Source of the DNA: Stegostoma tigrinum
Taxonomy: Eukaryota
Length of the DNA: 64,000 nucleotides
Direction: 5' to 3'
NCBI RefSeq assembly: GCF_030684315.1
Contig: NC_081366.1
Location: 45,298,078-45,362,077, forward strand
Every line of letters begins with the position of its first letter. Positions within the stretch are counted from its first letter, which is position 1. This document shows, piece by piece, positions 1 through 13,300 of the stretch. The notes under the pieces are model-generated. The model had not been told where the DNA came from. It worked only from the letters and a program-made list of their open reading frames with translations, and ran no database searches. The translations under genes were made by a program, and so were the position numbers.

Positions 1-465
1 GCTTGCGGGTGGGGTCTTGATCAAGGGGGTGGTAGGAGGCGGCGGAGAGTTGGCGTTTGGCCTCGGCGATGTGGAGGTCAGTGCACCATACTACAACTGC
101 GCCTCCCTTGTCTGCAGGTTTGATGGTGAGGTTGGGGTTGGGTTGGAGCAGAGGGAGCGGAGGGTTGCCCGTTCTGCGGGGGTGAGGTTGGAGTGGGTGA
201 GCGGGGTGGAGAAGTTGAGGCAGTTGATGTCTCAACGGCAGTTGGAGATGAAGAGGTCGAGGGAGGGTAGGAGGCCTGGGGGTGGTGTCCAGGAGGAGGA
301 CTTGTGTTGCCGGCAGGGGAAGGGGTCAGTGGATGAAGGGTTAGGCTCCCAATTAAAGAAGTAAGCGTGGAGACGAAGGTGGCGGACAAACTGCTCGATG
401 TGCAAACGTGACTGGTATTCATTGATGTGTGGTTGGAGGGGGATAAAGGTAAGCCCCTTGCTTCC
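1..465 (-). mobile_element. Penelope-like element (PLE) ORF fragment, N-terminal part of the RT, truncated by the window edge
   Basis: Minus-strand translation KGLTFIP...RHLRLHAYF...SNLTPAERATLRSL..NPNLTIKPADKGGAVVVW. IKPADKG is a PLE RT hallmark. One in-frame stop. Confidence 0.85.
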
Positions 466-479
466 TGACCAATGTATTT

Positions 480-1600
480 GCAGGTATCACTTTATATTTC
501 TCAAGGGTTTTGAAGTGACGGTTGTATAGAATATTCTATCAATGACCAAAAATCTAAGAGGTAAAAAAAGAGTATAAAAGAAACCTAACCAGAAATGATC
601 TAAGAGATCATTTTTAAGAAGTTTCTATACGTATTTAAACAAGAAAGAACAGTAAAGGGAGAGCAAAGAATGACCAGAGAGGAGAGTTGATAATTAGTTG
701 ATAATTAAGAAGGAAATGGCAGATGAATTGAACAAACTATTTTGCATCATTCCACACAATGGAGTCCACACAAGAGGATGAGCAAAATCCCAGAAGCAAC
801 AGTCTCGCAGGACCTCAGGAAATTACACAATCACCAAGAGAGTGGTATGGAATAAATTATAAGATGAGATGGGGCTGACAAGGGCGCAGGTCATGATGTT
901 ATTCATCCTAGAGTCTTAGAAGAAAAAACAATAGTAGCTGGAGGTAGTTGGTACACCGGATTTAATTTTCCAAAACTCCTTTGATTTGGGATGGACCCAT
1001 TACACTGGAAGATAGCAAATGTAACTTTTTTGTCCATAAAGGTAAACTGTGACACAAAAAAGGAAATTATAGGCCAAGTAGCTTAATATCTGGCAAAGGA
1101 AAAATGTTAGAAGCAATTACCTAAAAACGTTTAGTAAGGCATCTGCATAATTGTAAAGGCAGTCAGGTTGAGTCAACATTGGTCAAATGTAATTTCCCTT
1201 TCACAAACCAACCTAATGGAGTTCTTTGAAACTGTAACTTGTGCTGTGGGTAAAGGAGAACTAACAGATGTATAGTACATCGAATTTCAAAAGACATTTG
1301 ATAAGATGTTAGCAAAGCTATTACTGAAACTAAAAAGATCATGGTGGCACTGCAGAAGAGTGACTAGCTAGCAGGAAGCAGACAGCAGGTACAACTGGGT
1401 CTTTTTCATATTGTCAAGACATAAGTAGTATACCAGAAACATCAGTGCCAGACCTCAAATGTTTACTATGTATATAAATGTCTTGGGTGAAGAGACAGAA
1501 GGAACGGCTGCCAATTTGCTGACAAAACAAAAATAGGTACGAAAGCAAGTTGTGAAGCGGATTCAAGAAGGATATAAAAAATATTGATAGGTTAATCAGG
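480..1600 (+). mobile_element. Degenerate CR1-type LINE ORF2 fragment
   Basis: Decayed RT-domain motifs (WKIANVT, GNYRP.SL, LMEFFE, FQKTFDK) with frameshifts. Confidence 0.7.
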
Positions 1601-2875
1601 AAAATGATGGAAGGTGTCATTAACAGGGTTGTCAAGCACCAGTACAGCAATAATCCGCTTACTAATGCGCAGTTTGAGTTCCAACAACTCAGCAATACCT
1701 GCTCACTGATACATAGTTTGGGTTCCACCAGGGCCATTCAGCTCCTGATCTCATTACAGCCTTGGTTCAAACATGGTCAAAAGAACTGAATTCCAGAGGA
1801 GAGGGGAGTGTAACTTTCTCTTGACATCAAGGACCCTTAGCAAAACAAATGTCAAGCAGTATCAGGGGAAACTCTCTGCTGATTGGCACACAGAAAAGAT
1901 GGTTGTGGTTGTTGGAGGTCAGCCATCTCAGCTTCAGGATATCCTCTGCAAGAGTTCCTCAGGATGGTGTCCTGGGCCCAATCATCCCTGCCTACTCCAT
2001 CAAGATCCTATCCTATCCTCCACCATAAAAGAACAGAAGTGGGAATGTTTCCCAATGATTGCAAAATGCTCAGCACCACATGCAACTCATGTCAAAATGC
2101 AACAACAGCTGGACAAAATCCACATCTGTGCTGACAAACAGCAAGTAACATCATGCTACACAAATGTCAGGGAATGACCATCTCCAAGAAGTGGCAATTT
2201 AAGCATCACCTCTTAACATTCAATGGTATGACCATTAACATTCAAGATTACCACCGAGCAGAAACTGAATTCGACAAGCTATAGGTGTACAGTGACTGTA
2301 ACAGCTGGCCAGAGGCTAGGAGTCCTGCAGCAAGTAACTCACCTCCTGACTCCCCAAAGCCTGTCCACCATCCACAAAGCACAAGTGAAGACTACAATGT
2401 AATCCCCCCTTGCCTGAATGAGTACAGCTCCAACAACAAAAGAAGCCTGACACCAACTGGGACAAAGCAGCCCACTTAATTGGCATCACATTCAAAGCAT
2501 GTACTCTCTCCACCAACAACATTCAGGAGCAACTACATACACCATCTATAAAGATCCACTGCAAAAATTCACCAAAGATCATTAGACAACATTGTGCAAA
2601 CCCACAGCCTCCACCATCTCACTAAGTTCAAGGGCAGCAGATACAAGAGAACAGCATCACCTGCAAGTTTCACTCGAAGCCACTCACCACCCTGATTTGG
2701 AGATGTGTGTTGCTGTTCCTTCAATGGGTCAAAATCCTGGAATTCCATCACAAACAGCCATGGGGATAAAGCAACATTACATGGAATTCAGCAGGTCAAG
2801 GCAGCAGCTCACTCCTACCTTCAAGGGCAAGCACAGATGGGCACTAAATGCTGGCCCACCCAGTGATGCCCAGGA
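1600..2875 (+). mobile_element. Degenerate LINE (CR1/L2 clade) 3' portion including 3' tail
   Basis: Decayed RT C-terminus. The tail ending ...aaatgctggccc...gatgccca recurs at about 24770 and 35400. Confidence 0.65.
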
Positions 2876-2879
2876 GCAA

Positions 2880-3680
2880 ATTAGAAAGGAACCAATTGGG
2901 CAACGACATGGCAAATGGAGTATAATGCAGAAAAATGTGAAATTATCTATTTTGGCGAGAGGAATAAAAAAAGACTTTGATAAAAGTGATGACAAATATC
3001 AGAGCTCTGAGATGCAGAGGAACCTGGATACCCAAATACATGCTCTGCAAAAGGTTAATGTGGGGATTCAGCAAGCAATTAGCAAAGCCAATAGAATTTT
3101 ATATAGTGCAAGGGAGATTGTACACAAAAGCACAGGAGCCATGGTTCAGTTATACACAGCAGTGGTGAGACTATATCAAAGCGCTGCACACAGCACTGGA
3201 CACTATTTAAGGAAGGATGCAAATGTATTGAAGATAGTTCACAGAAGGTTTACTAGATTAATATCTGGAAATAAGCAGGTTATATTGGGAGGAAAATTTT
3301 GTTATGCTCGGCTTTAACCCACTGAAGTTCAGAAGAGTAAAACAAAATTCTGAGGGGTATTAACAGGGCAGATGTGAAGACACCAGTTCCTCCAATGAAT
3401 CCAGAACTATTTAAAAATCTGTGCTTGTCCATTAAAACAGAGATTAGACAATTTTTTCTTGCTTGCTGCTGAATTTTTGGAACTCTCTTCCTGAACAAGG
3501 TGTTGAAAGGGGAATCCTTGAATATTTTTAAGACAGGCTCTTGTTAAGTAAGGGGTTAGTGAAATATGGATTATCAGGGGTAAGCAGAAATATGGATTTG
3601 AGGTTACTACCAGATTAGTCATGATCTCAAAATGGCGAAGCAGGCCCAAGGATTTGAAGAACCTACTGCTGCTCCTGCTT
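2880..3680 (+). mobile_element. Degenerate CR1-type LINE 3' end
   Basis: ORF 2592..3317 ends with QLYTAVVRL...YLRKDANVLKIVHRRFTRLISG, a typical CR1 ORF2 C-terminus. Confidence 0.75.
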
Positions 3681-5319
3681 TGCACACACCTTTAAACACT
3701 ATCAATTATTTTCCCTCAGGGGTATAGGTGAATAGCCTCTGTGCTGTAATTTTTCCATAGTTCTGAAGATGAGCAATAGAATTAGTCTTTCCCAGAACAA
3801 ATTTTAGGACAAAATGGTTCTCAGTACCCTTGACATCTACAAAAGAATGTAGAAAATTCACTGACATACCATTAAAAACTATCCCCAATATAAAATGTAA
3901 CTCCCTATCCTTAAATGGAGAGAGTAAATCAACTGTGCCATCAAGTAGTGCCTATCTCATTAATATCTAAACATCAAAGCCACTTGGTGCCAGAGATGAT
4001 CTTAGGCGCAGATGGAAGAAATAAATTCATTTAATACTTTAATCAGCATTTACCAAGAATTGTCCAAAGAAGCTCAAACAAAACAGAGCTCAACTGGAGT
4101 TATACAGTTGGAATTTTACCTGACAAAGAGGATTGTGGCTGGAGATCAAACACTGCAATCGCAATAAATTGCTAGAATCGCAGAAAATTTACAGCATATA
4201 AAGAAGCATTCAGTCCATCATGTCTGTACCGGTGGAATAAACTAGCCAATTTTAATCCCACTTTATAGTATCTCGCCCTTAGCCTTGAAGTTTACCGTTA
4301 CAGGAGTTATTAAGCATCATACATTTTCTCAGATATGCTCAACTTCAATGATTGTCCTTTCATCATAACATAAGAAAACTGGATATTTGTTGACAACTGT
4401 ACATTGTGATTATGAATGTATATGAAATGAAGCAGTTGTAGCCAATCTGAAGCAGGACCTAGACAACATCTAGACTTGAGGTGACGGAGGAGTTCACACC
4501 ACTAAAGTGCTTGGCAATAATTACCATTTCCTGATCTTCAAAAACACATCACCGCAGCTGAGTCACCCATCAACATCATGAGGATTACTACTGATCAGAA
4601 ATGTAATTCAATCAGTTATATAAACAATCACAGCTATAAAAGTTGGACAGAAACTACGTAATCTAAATAAATGACTGTACAACCAATAAACTAATGGGGG
4701 GAATAAAATGTTCTGCAAGACTCAAGGTGGAATAAGATTGAGCCCTTATCACTCGCTGGGACTAAAGCTCAAGAAGCTGAAGTCAAGGCAGACAAGAGCA
4801 GCATATTTACTATGTACTCATGCCATTAAATTCATCAACCTTTTCTGCTATCAACTACATTCGGACTACCTACAGAACACATTCAACAATTCCTCCCAGA
4901 CCGGAGCACCAGTTCAAAAGATCTCTTCAACTCAATCCTGACGGAACTGCAGCCAAGTTGAAATTACCAACTTAAATAATAGGAGCACCAACATAAGAAC
5001 TGAAATAGTTTACAACAACAGATCACTTCTTTCACAAAGCAATAAAGGAAGGTAGTAACAGCAATTGAAGGAGTGTTGCCCACACCTCAAGAACAAATGA
5101 GAATTACTCAGAGAACTGTCAAACACACTCCTCCATTGCAGATGCTATTATTTAAACCTTTATTTAATTGTACACATCCATTCTCATTCTGTTGTCCGAA
5201 AGGGTAACTTGACAATAAAACTAATAAATAAATGAATACCTCCTCTAGGGGAAACAGAAGTAATTTGTAAAATTTTCCTTCTTAAATGACAGTTTCCCTT
5301 ACATTGTAAGGCCAAACAA

Positions 5320-6020
5320 ATTAGATTAGCACTGGTTCAGGTACATAATTCTTTGACGTTTGTGTCATATATAGACAGGGTGTCTCATTACTCAGAGCAT
5401 GGAGTACAGGAGTTAGGAAATCATGTTATGGTTGTACAGGACATTGATGAGGCCTCTACTGGAATACTGTGTCCAGTTCTGGTCGTCCTATAACAGGAAG
5501 GATATTATTAAGCTGGTGAGGGGTCAGAAGAGATTTACCAGGACTTTACCAGGATTTACCAGATATGGAAGGTTTGAGTTACGAAAGAAGGCTGTACATG
5601 CTGGGAGTTTTTCCACTGGAGAATAAGAGGTTGAAAAGTCACCTTTTAGGAGCTTATAAAATCATGAGGGATATAGATAGGGTTAATGATAGTTGTCTTT
5701 TCTCCAGGATGGGGGATTTCAAAATCAGGGGCCAGATTTTTTATAGTGAGAGGAAAGAAGTAAAAAAGACGACGACATGAGGGTCAATTCATTTTTGTTT
5801 TTACACTGCAGGTGGTTTGCGAGTGGAATGAACTTCCGAAGGAAGTGATGGATGCGGGTACAGTTACAACATCTAAAAGACACTTAGGTAAGTACATGAA
5901 TAGGAAAGGTCTGGAGGGATAGGGGCTAGGAGCAGGCCGGTGGCACTAGTTTAGTTTGGGATTATGTTCGGCAAGGACAGGTTAGACCAAAGGACCTGCT
6001 TCCATGCTGTAAGACTATGA
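5320..6020 (+). mobile_element. CR1/HER1-type LINE 3' fragment
   Basis: LYRTLMRPLLEYCVQFWS...QKRFTR and MEGLSYERRL..LGVFPLE motifs. Confidence 0.85.
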
Positions 6021-6409
6021 TTTTGTGGAACAAGTATCACCTCGAACTTCTATTGCTCCAACTCACGCTTGTTCTGGCGTCTAAGTCCTTGACTCCCACA
6101 GTGGTGAGTGAGAGCAGCTCATCTTTGAGTTTAATAATACCACATCATAAATCACAGCTTTTGTTTTAAAAGCAAATCAGCTGAATGTTGTGCTCTTGAA
6201 ATTTACTCATTCCCTGGACCCAGCTTTTGTTTCTTCACTTGTCCAATTATATTTTGCTTTGAACCATCATCCCATTCATATGATACCTTCCACAAAACTC
6301 ACAGATCTTCCTTCTGATTCTCCCCAATGTAAAGCCTGTTGTGATTTTTTTTCCATAAAAACATTATCCACCTGCAGCACTAACTCTGAATCCCTCTCCA
6401 CATATGCTG

Positions 6410-6880
6410 ACTTAACACTACAACGCAGTACAGGCCTTTTGGCCCTCGATGTTGTGTCGATCTGTGAAAATCGATCTGAAGCCCATCTAATCTACACTAT
6501 TCCATTATCATCCATATGTTTATCCAATGATCATTTAAATGCCCTTAAAATTGGTGAGTCTATTACTCTGGCAGGCAGGGCATCCCACGTCCTTATTACT
6601 CTCTGAGTAAAGAATCTACCTCTGACATCTGTCCTATATCTATCACCCCGCAATTTAAAGCTATGTCCCCTCGTGCTAACCATCACCATCCGAAGAAAAA
6701 GGCTCTCACCGTCCACCCTATCTAATCCTCTGATCATCTTGTATGTCTCTATTAAGTCACCTCTTAAGCTTCTTCTCTCTAATGAAAACAGCCTCAAGTC
6801 CCTGAGCCTTTCCTCATAAGACCTTCCCTCCAAACCAGGCAACATCCTGGTAAATCTCCTCTGCACCCTTTCCATTAACT
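6410..6880 (-). mobile_element. CR1/HER1-type LINE 3' fragment, relatively young
   Basis: Open frame ERVQRRFTRMLPGLEGRSYEERLRDLRLFSLERRSLRGDLIETYKMIRGLDRV...RGRFFTQRV. Confidence 0.9.
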
Positions 6881-8589
6881 GCTCAGTATATCCATGATTT
6901 TTGTGTTTAGCTGTAAAACTCCCGAAATTTAAATATAAGAGCATAAATATACTAATACGTCCTCTATTCTTCCACTGTCAACATTCCACTGGCTTTAACA
7001 CGAATAGAATGAGTACTAAGTCATTTTGCAAAAGGAGCATATGAAAAAAAATTACTTCTAACAATGAAGATCAAATTTATAATTTCCAAAGAACAGTTAG
7101 AATCTTTGAACTTAACCCTCAAAACACCAGAAAATGTCCACAAATCTCAAAATATAATTTCAGTAAACACAAGTAATTAGGCTTTACATACATTTATACT
7201 ACACATTAGAAAAATATTTCCATTTCACAAAGTAATTTAGTAATATACTGGAAGTCTCTTAAGTAAGGCAAATTAAGTTTTTGCTAGTCGTAATTAAACA
7301 ATTTAGGCATGGCCTCATTCTTTAAAGCTACCCTATAAATGCCCCTTATTTAGAGTGGTATATCCAAATACATAGATCCATCTACATTGCAATTATAGCA
7401 CCACCTTTTTCAAAAGTGGTACAAGTAACTGAGTCGTTTTCATCATACTATACTGTATCACACACAGTATAAATTGCTGGATTTCATTTGGAAACAATTA
7501 AAATCAGTTCTCACATTTATTACAGGAGCTTTACCCAGATGCAGACAGAATAATATTTGGTAAACTAGTTCACAAGTACAAGTGAGAGCAGTTTTTGCCA
7601 CCCTAGCTCTAAGTCCTTTAACTCATTCACAAGAACTTTCATTTTAAGCTTCCATTTCGAATAGAAAAGATTTTTTTTTAAAACAGAGTTCCCTCCTAAA
7701 ACAACACATTTGAAAAGACAGAACACCAGATTTTGCTCATAAATTAGTTTAGACCTGGTGAGCAGAAACCTGAGTTAAGGCTCCTGTTTACAGATTGGCA
7801 TCCAGTAGCATACTTGTATTAAATGGTTATCGATGCTCCCCACCCTGATCACATTGTTTCCTGCCTCTGGAGTTTGGTTAATTAACATAGTCCAGGCTTG
7901 TCTCTCATCTGACAACCTTCATAAACTTGAAGTCACCTGCTGGCTTTAGTGACCTCTAGATTTGACTATGGGGAGACTGACCCCCTATCTTCCATCCAAC
8001 ATGAAAACCTCTGTCATCTATTACTACAGGTCCCACTTATTCATCACACCTAGACTTATTAGAATAACCAAGCTATCCATTAGGATAATGAAAGCTGTGG
8101 CCACGGAAGGAGCATTCACATCATAGCCCGTTATCAGACGGTTAGTTTGCCTATAAATCCTTCCACTACTTCACTCTATTCTCCAAAGAAAAAAGGTTGT
8201 TTTGTGTTAGCACAATCGGCTCTTTGACATTAGGGATAAGCTCCGTGGCTGTCCTTCAGGGACTGAATGTTTCCTTTGTTCCTCAAATAGCCAGAAATGA
8301 ACAGTACTCATCATATAGTCCGATAAAAATACTGCACAGTCTCAGCATAATTTGAATAAATAGTTTGATTTGTATGTTCTTCGCTATACGGTTCAACATT
8401 TTAGTTAATAACTACTACTCCACTTTTGCTCAGCATGTATAAAAGTACTATTTTTCTAGATCTCCAGCAATTATTTCAGACTCATTTTACAGTGTTGTTT
8501 TCGGTCAAGTTTTTAATCTGCATTGATATTTTAAGAAAGGAAATAGTGCACCAACAGGTGACAGCATTCATAATTGTCTGGACTTGTGA

Positions 8590-8945
8590 AGGAAACACTT
8601 GCACTCGTAAAGGACCGTTCACAACCTTTGGCTATAAAGTGCTTTGGTACATCCTACAAAGTACTTTTAACTACTTACTGTTGCAACTTAGGAAACACAT
8701 CAATCAACTGCTGGACAAGGTCCCAGAAGCAGCAATGCGAGAATCTATTTTTGAGATGTTGATTAAGGGATAAACATTGCCTAGGATTTCAGAAAACTTC
8801 ACTGATCTTGAAAATAGTGCTTTGGGGTCTTTTACTCAGCACAGTATTCACATATTCCACTGCAGTCCAAGGGAAAGTCTCCGGAGTGCAACTTGAGTCC
8901 ACAACTTTCTGACTCAAAGGTAACGTGTGCTACCTACTGAGGCAT
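8590..8945 (-). mobile_element. Old tRNA-headed SINE (possibly Deu-domain type)
   Basis: The reverse complement begins gcctcagtaggtagcac...gagtcagaaagttgtggactcaag, resembling A/B boxes. Degenerate. Confidence 0.45.
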
Positions 8946-10636
8946 AGCTTATACTACAAACTTTTGTATGAAATCCCATGCCCATCTGGTGTGGCACAAA
9001 ATGCATTAAGTGATGTGGAACAAAGTACTTTTTAATAAAGCACTTCTTAAACAGAAGCGTCACAAAAACAGTATCATTATTTGTTAATAAACTGAAATAA
9101 AGAATCATCAGCCTTAGCAAATGCATAGTGTCAGCCCTAACTATAGCCTTCCTACTCTAATCCTCAAAAGAACCTGAGTCTCTCGACCCAAGTACCACAA
9201 TGATCCAAATCTTGCTGCAGATCTAGTTATCTAGTTTCACTGTATTCTTACAAAGTTGATAAGGTTCAATCCAGTTTGAAATAGCCAGCATTACCATCAC
9301 TGGGTCTTCATTACAAGGCTAGGTATGTTGAAAGTCTTAAATTATTTTCCAGTATTTCGCTAGCAAGAATGGAGAAAACACACACACACACTTTTGTTTC
9401 CAGATTGCAAGGTTTATAGTGTTTACTGCTTCATGACATAATAACTTAAATCAATACTAAACACTATTCAAATCCAAACACTGATTATGGATCAATGACA
9501 CCCCAAAAATAATTCAACAAGTCTGACAAGTTTTATGCAGTAATGCTTCTTTGTACGTTTATACTCAGTTTTGGATCCTATGGCTCTTCAAAGCATTATC
9601 TTGTGTCTACATGCTCAAGACTGTCAAGGAACTAAAGCACAAATCGGTTACTGCCCACTATTACCTCGAAAGGAAAAAAAATCCACTTTGTATCTTCACT
9701 ATTTTAAATCACCAACCAGCTTGCTTTTAATCCTTACCTAATAACTACCTATCATCTAAACATGTGCATTCATACTTATGGAGATAACCCATTAATTGCT
9801 GTGAATGACTGAAGTTACATGCTATTTGATGAGATCCACTAGTCACTGGGATGTATGCCTGCATAATTGACATTACACAAGCAAAGAAATTTACAAAGGA
9901 CAACACTTGTGTTTTAAGTAAACCACCTTTCTAGCTTGAAAGGAGCATCCTGTTAGCGGAAAATTCTACTATTCTGTAGTGACACAAATAGCAGAGTAAA
10001 ACAGCTAATTTCACCATTGCATATCCCTGTATTGTTCACACTCTGCCCTCTGCAAACTAATGTGCCCAGGAAATGCACCTCTTTTAATTAAGTTAAAGCT
10101 TGAAGAAAAGTTGGTGCATTCGCCAGTTCATTTCCTGGACCAACCAGCATTCTTTTTCCCACGCAGTATAAATTTTTGCTCCTTTTGCAATTTGGTATTT
10201 CTGTATCAGTCCTGATGAGTGAAAGATGAAGAGCTTCATCAACATGTCCTTTCTTTTTCCCTCACCAATACTAAATTTTTATACTAAAATGTGACCAAAA
10301 TATTGTACATTCACATCATTAGGACAGAAAATAGAAAAAGTTTGGGAAAAAAAAGACTGGCAGAAAACATGAGAGGGGGACCTAGAGGAGCAAACGAATG
10401 ACAGACAGATGGGACTGGGCGCAGTTAATGTATAAGGAATGTGCACCCATTGCCATGGGTGTCTAATCTACTGGGAATAGAATGTTCACAAACAAAAATA
10501 AAAATGAATAAATTGACAAAAGTTTCTAGGTTAGAGAATAAGATCTTCTCCTTACTGTTACAAAAGAGCTGAACAAAAAACACATTTGGATTTAGAAATC
10601 ATTGCAGTGATATAACAACCTTCAAAACCTTGTTAC

Positions 10637-10874
10637 TTGTAATGTCTCACTCAGAGATAATAAAAACTGCTGATGCTGGAGTCAGAGATAACACAGTGTG
10701 GAGCTGGGGGAACGCAGCAGGCCAGGCAGCACCAGAGGAGCAAGAAAGCTGACGTTTCAGGATCATTTCTGAAGAAGGGTCCCAACCTGAAACGTCAGCT
10801 TTCTTGCTCCTCTGTTGCTGCTTGGCCTGCTGCGTTCCTCCAGCTCCACGCTGTGTTATTTGTAATGTCTCACT
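10637..10874. mobile_element. Palindromic PLE 3'-end insertion (family A) with 15-bp TSD and hammerhead-like core
   Basis: Inverted arms 10688-10761 and 10786-10859. Direct repeat ttgtaatgtctcact at 10637-10651 and 10860-10874. CTGAAGA-agg..cct-GAAAC-GTC at 10769-10796. Confidence 0.85.
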
Positions 10875-11731
10875 TCTTTATCTTTTAATGCGACATTTTA
10901 ATTAAAATCTATTATTAGGAACCTAATGGTTGAGCATCATCATTTCTTGGCAATACATTTTATAGAAAAAAAGGAGCATATACAAAGATGTGCATCCTAA
11001 CCATGACCAAAGACTACCGTCGTTGCCAAACTCATTCACAAATCTAACACATCACAAACTACTGTTAAAAGCATTTTTTTTTTAAAAATCAGACAAGTTT
11101 CAAAGGTTGTCCAAAAAAACTGTTTTATAAAGCTATTAGCTCATTAGCTTGCATCAACTAGCTTAAAATTGGGCAGTAGGCATATCAACAAGTGACTAAA
11201 TGTAAATTATTTTTATTTCCAAAGTGAAGTTACACTTTGCTGACTCAACATTTCTAACGCCGCCAACCAGATCACTGTTAGAGGCTGTTTACAGATATAC
11301 AGTGTTTAATCGATTTTTCGTAAATCAGATTTCTTCTGTCCATTTGTCTTGTAGAATTAAAATCAAACACAAGTAGTAGCAATGAATGGATCAGTCAACG
11401 AGCAAGCCGTTTGGGGCAACTGAGAGCAAGGAAACTAACTCAGAACAATAACATTGGTAAAAGCGGCACCACAAAACTGGGCACCTTGCTGGGCTTTTGT
11501 CAACCCTTTGCATTGATATTATTGGAAGCTGCTGCTATTACCGGTGGCAAAATACTCTAAAATTCCGCCGTACCAACACAAATCGGTTTGCAGCGAGAGG
11601 GTTTTAAGAAGTTTTGATTATTGTTTTGACATGGTCCCGCAAACAAGATAAAAGCACGGAGGATGGGAGTCAGACAAAAGGTTCTCGAGTGCTCGGTCAC
11701 TCAGTGAAAACAACACCCTGCAAACACTCAC

Positions 11732-11812
11732 CCAAAACACGATGTTGAAGCCGAACAGAACGTATTTAACACAGCAACTAACTTCAGGTCCTTTGAAATG
11801 TTTCCCGGACAT
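11732..11812 (-). CDS. TSPAN17: Tetraspanin-17 (TspanC8 subfamily), first coding exon
   Basis: accATG start, MSGKHFKGPEVSCCVKYVLFGFNIVFW, then a gtgagt donor (81 nt, phase 0). The sequence alone fits TSPAN5 or TSPAN17. TSPAN17 is chosen from FNIVFW and adjacency to EIF4E1B-SNCB. Further exons were not found in 1-11731. Confidence 0.85.
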
Positions 11813-11884
11813 GGTGATCTGGAAAAACTCAGGAGGGAGAAAGGGTTTTCTTTTCAAGATAAAACAAACGTTTAGAAAAAAACA

Positions 11885-12260
11885 CCCCGAGAGGCGGACA
11901 GCCGCCTTCAGTGAAGCTCAGCAGCGAACGGGAGAAGGCAGTGTCCGAGGCCCCGCCACCGCATCAGGACAGAGTGCGCCTGCACCGACATTGGCCTTCG
12001 GTCCGGGCAGAGAGGCGGCCCTGCGCCGATACCGCTCACAGCTCCATGCGGTTAGTCCCCGGTCACCGACACATCGGCCTCCCCCGGCGCCGCCGCCGCC
12101 GCCGCGACCATCGATCAGGGCGCATGCGCATTCAGCCCCGTACCACCTGAGCGCGCGATGGAGGCGGAGGACGCGCGCGCCGGCGCCTCAACCCAGTCAC
12201 GAGCCGCGCGCGCCGGCTGCGAGTCTGCTCCTGGGAGCTGCAGGCGGGTGAGGGTTACGC
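11885..12260 (-). promoter_or_regulatory. CpG island / promoter and 5' UTR of the tetraspanin gene
   Basis: GC- and CpG-rich block in an AT-rich background, directly 5' of the ATG. Contains a (GCC)n run and an NRF1-type palindrome GCGCATGCGC at 12120-12129. Confidence 0.8.
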
Positions 12261-13211
12261 TCTGTTGGTCTGACTGAAAGAGGCAAGAGCAGCCAGCAAG
12301 CACCATGCCCCTACCCAAACACACACATGGGGCAGATATGAATTTTTTTTTAAAATCTCAGGAGATCGAACCGAGGCATTAAATGCAACTTCGCAACATT
12401 TCGCCCGTTTTTCTTTCTCCCTCCCCTACTACCGTGTTTGTTTTTTTTTCCCCCAGATTTGCAGCATTCGTTTTCCCCCACCCCCCTCCCCTTTCTAAGG
12501 TGAAGCTCAAGGTCTAGTTAACCTATAAAACAGAACAGGGCACTGGATAATACGCTACTGTAAGGGAATTGACACACGAATGTAATAAGTGACATTGAAA
12601 GAGTTAAAGCGATGACTTGGGCTGTTGAGTGATGTGTACAATTAAACCAAAAAAAACGGGTTTGCACACTAGCTACCATGGAATGTTGCTGCACTATAGC
12701 AACTGGAACTGGGTGCTGCGTTCTTGAAGACTAACGAGTTCTCATCAAAAGACTCCTGCCCCGTAGAATGTCACTGACTAGAGGTTGGAAAAACACTAAA
12801 TACTTGCTTTCACTTTACTTGCCTCAAAAAGGTAACCGCTAAAAAAACGGCAAATTCCATAAAATTAACTATGCTATTCGTAAAAGGGTCTTTAATTCAT
12901 TCTCAAAACTTGACAGTTTGCATTATACGTTTCAAATGCACAGATAGAGGAGTGTACTTGATTCAGAGTATGAGTTTCTTTGCACGAGTCAAAACCCATT
13001 GAAAGCAAACTGTAGTAGGCAGTGAAATCTGTTCCTGAATGTCGTAGCTCTGCACACAAATTATGTTCCTAACTCAGATAGGTATACCAGCCGAGCTTGC
13101 TGCTGGTATACAGATTAGGTAGATGTGGTTTCCAGCGTTCAGTTGTTTCGATGTAGTTGTTTCGTAGCCTCAACGCTACCTCACTCTTGATGTAATTATA
13201 AGCCAGTATCC

Positions 13212-13300
13212 AGGGGGGTCTAGGCCCCAAACACCAGCTTTCCTGCTCCCAAGATGCTGCTTGGCCTGCTGTGTTCATCCACCTCTACACTTGGTTATTT
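13212..13300 (+). mobile_element. PLE family A 3'-end fragment
   Basis: agctttcctgctcc..gatgctgcttggcctgctgtgttcatcca matches the tail at 50960-51022. Confidence 0.7.

Noticed and set aside
10688-10859. pre-miRNA or DNA-transposon MITE
   Set aside because: The arms match the tail of the Penelope element at 48423-51022, and the centre differs among copies.
11742-12324. ORFs of 169, 79 and 69 aa over the CpG island
   Set aside because: Low-complexity products of GC-rich promoter/UTR sequence with no recognisable protein.
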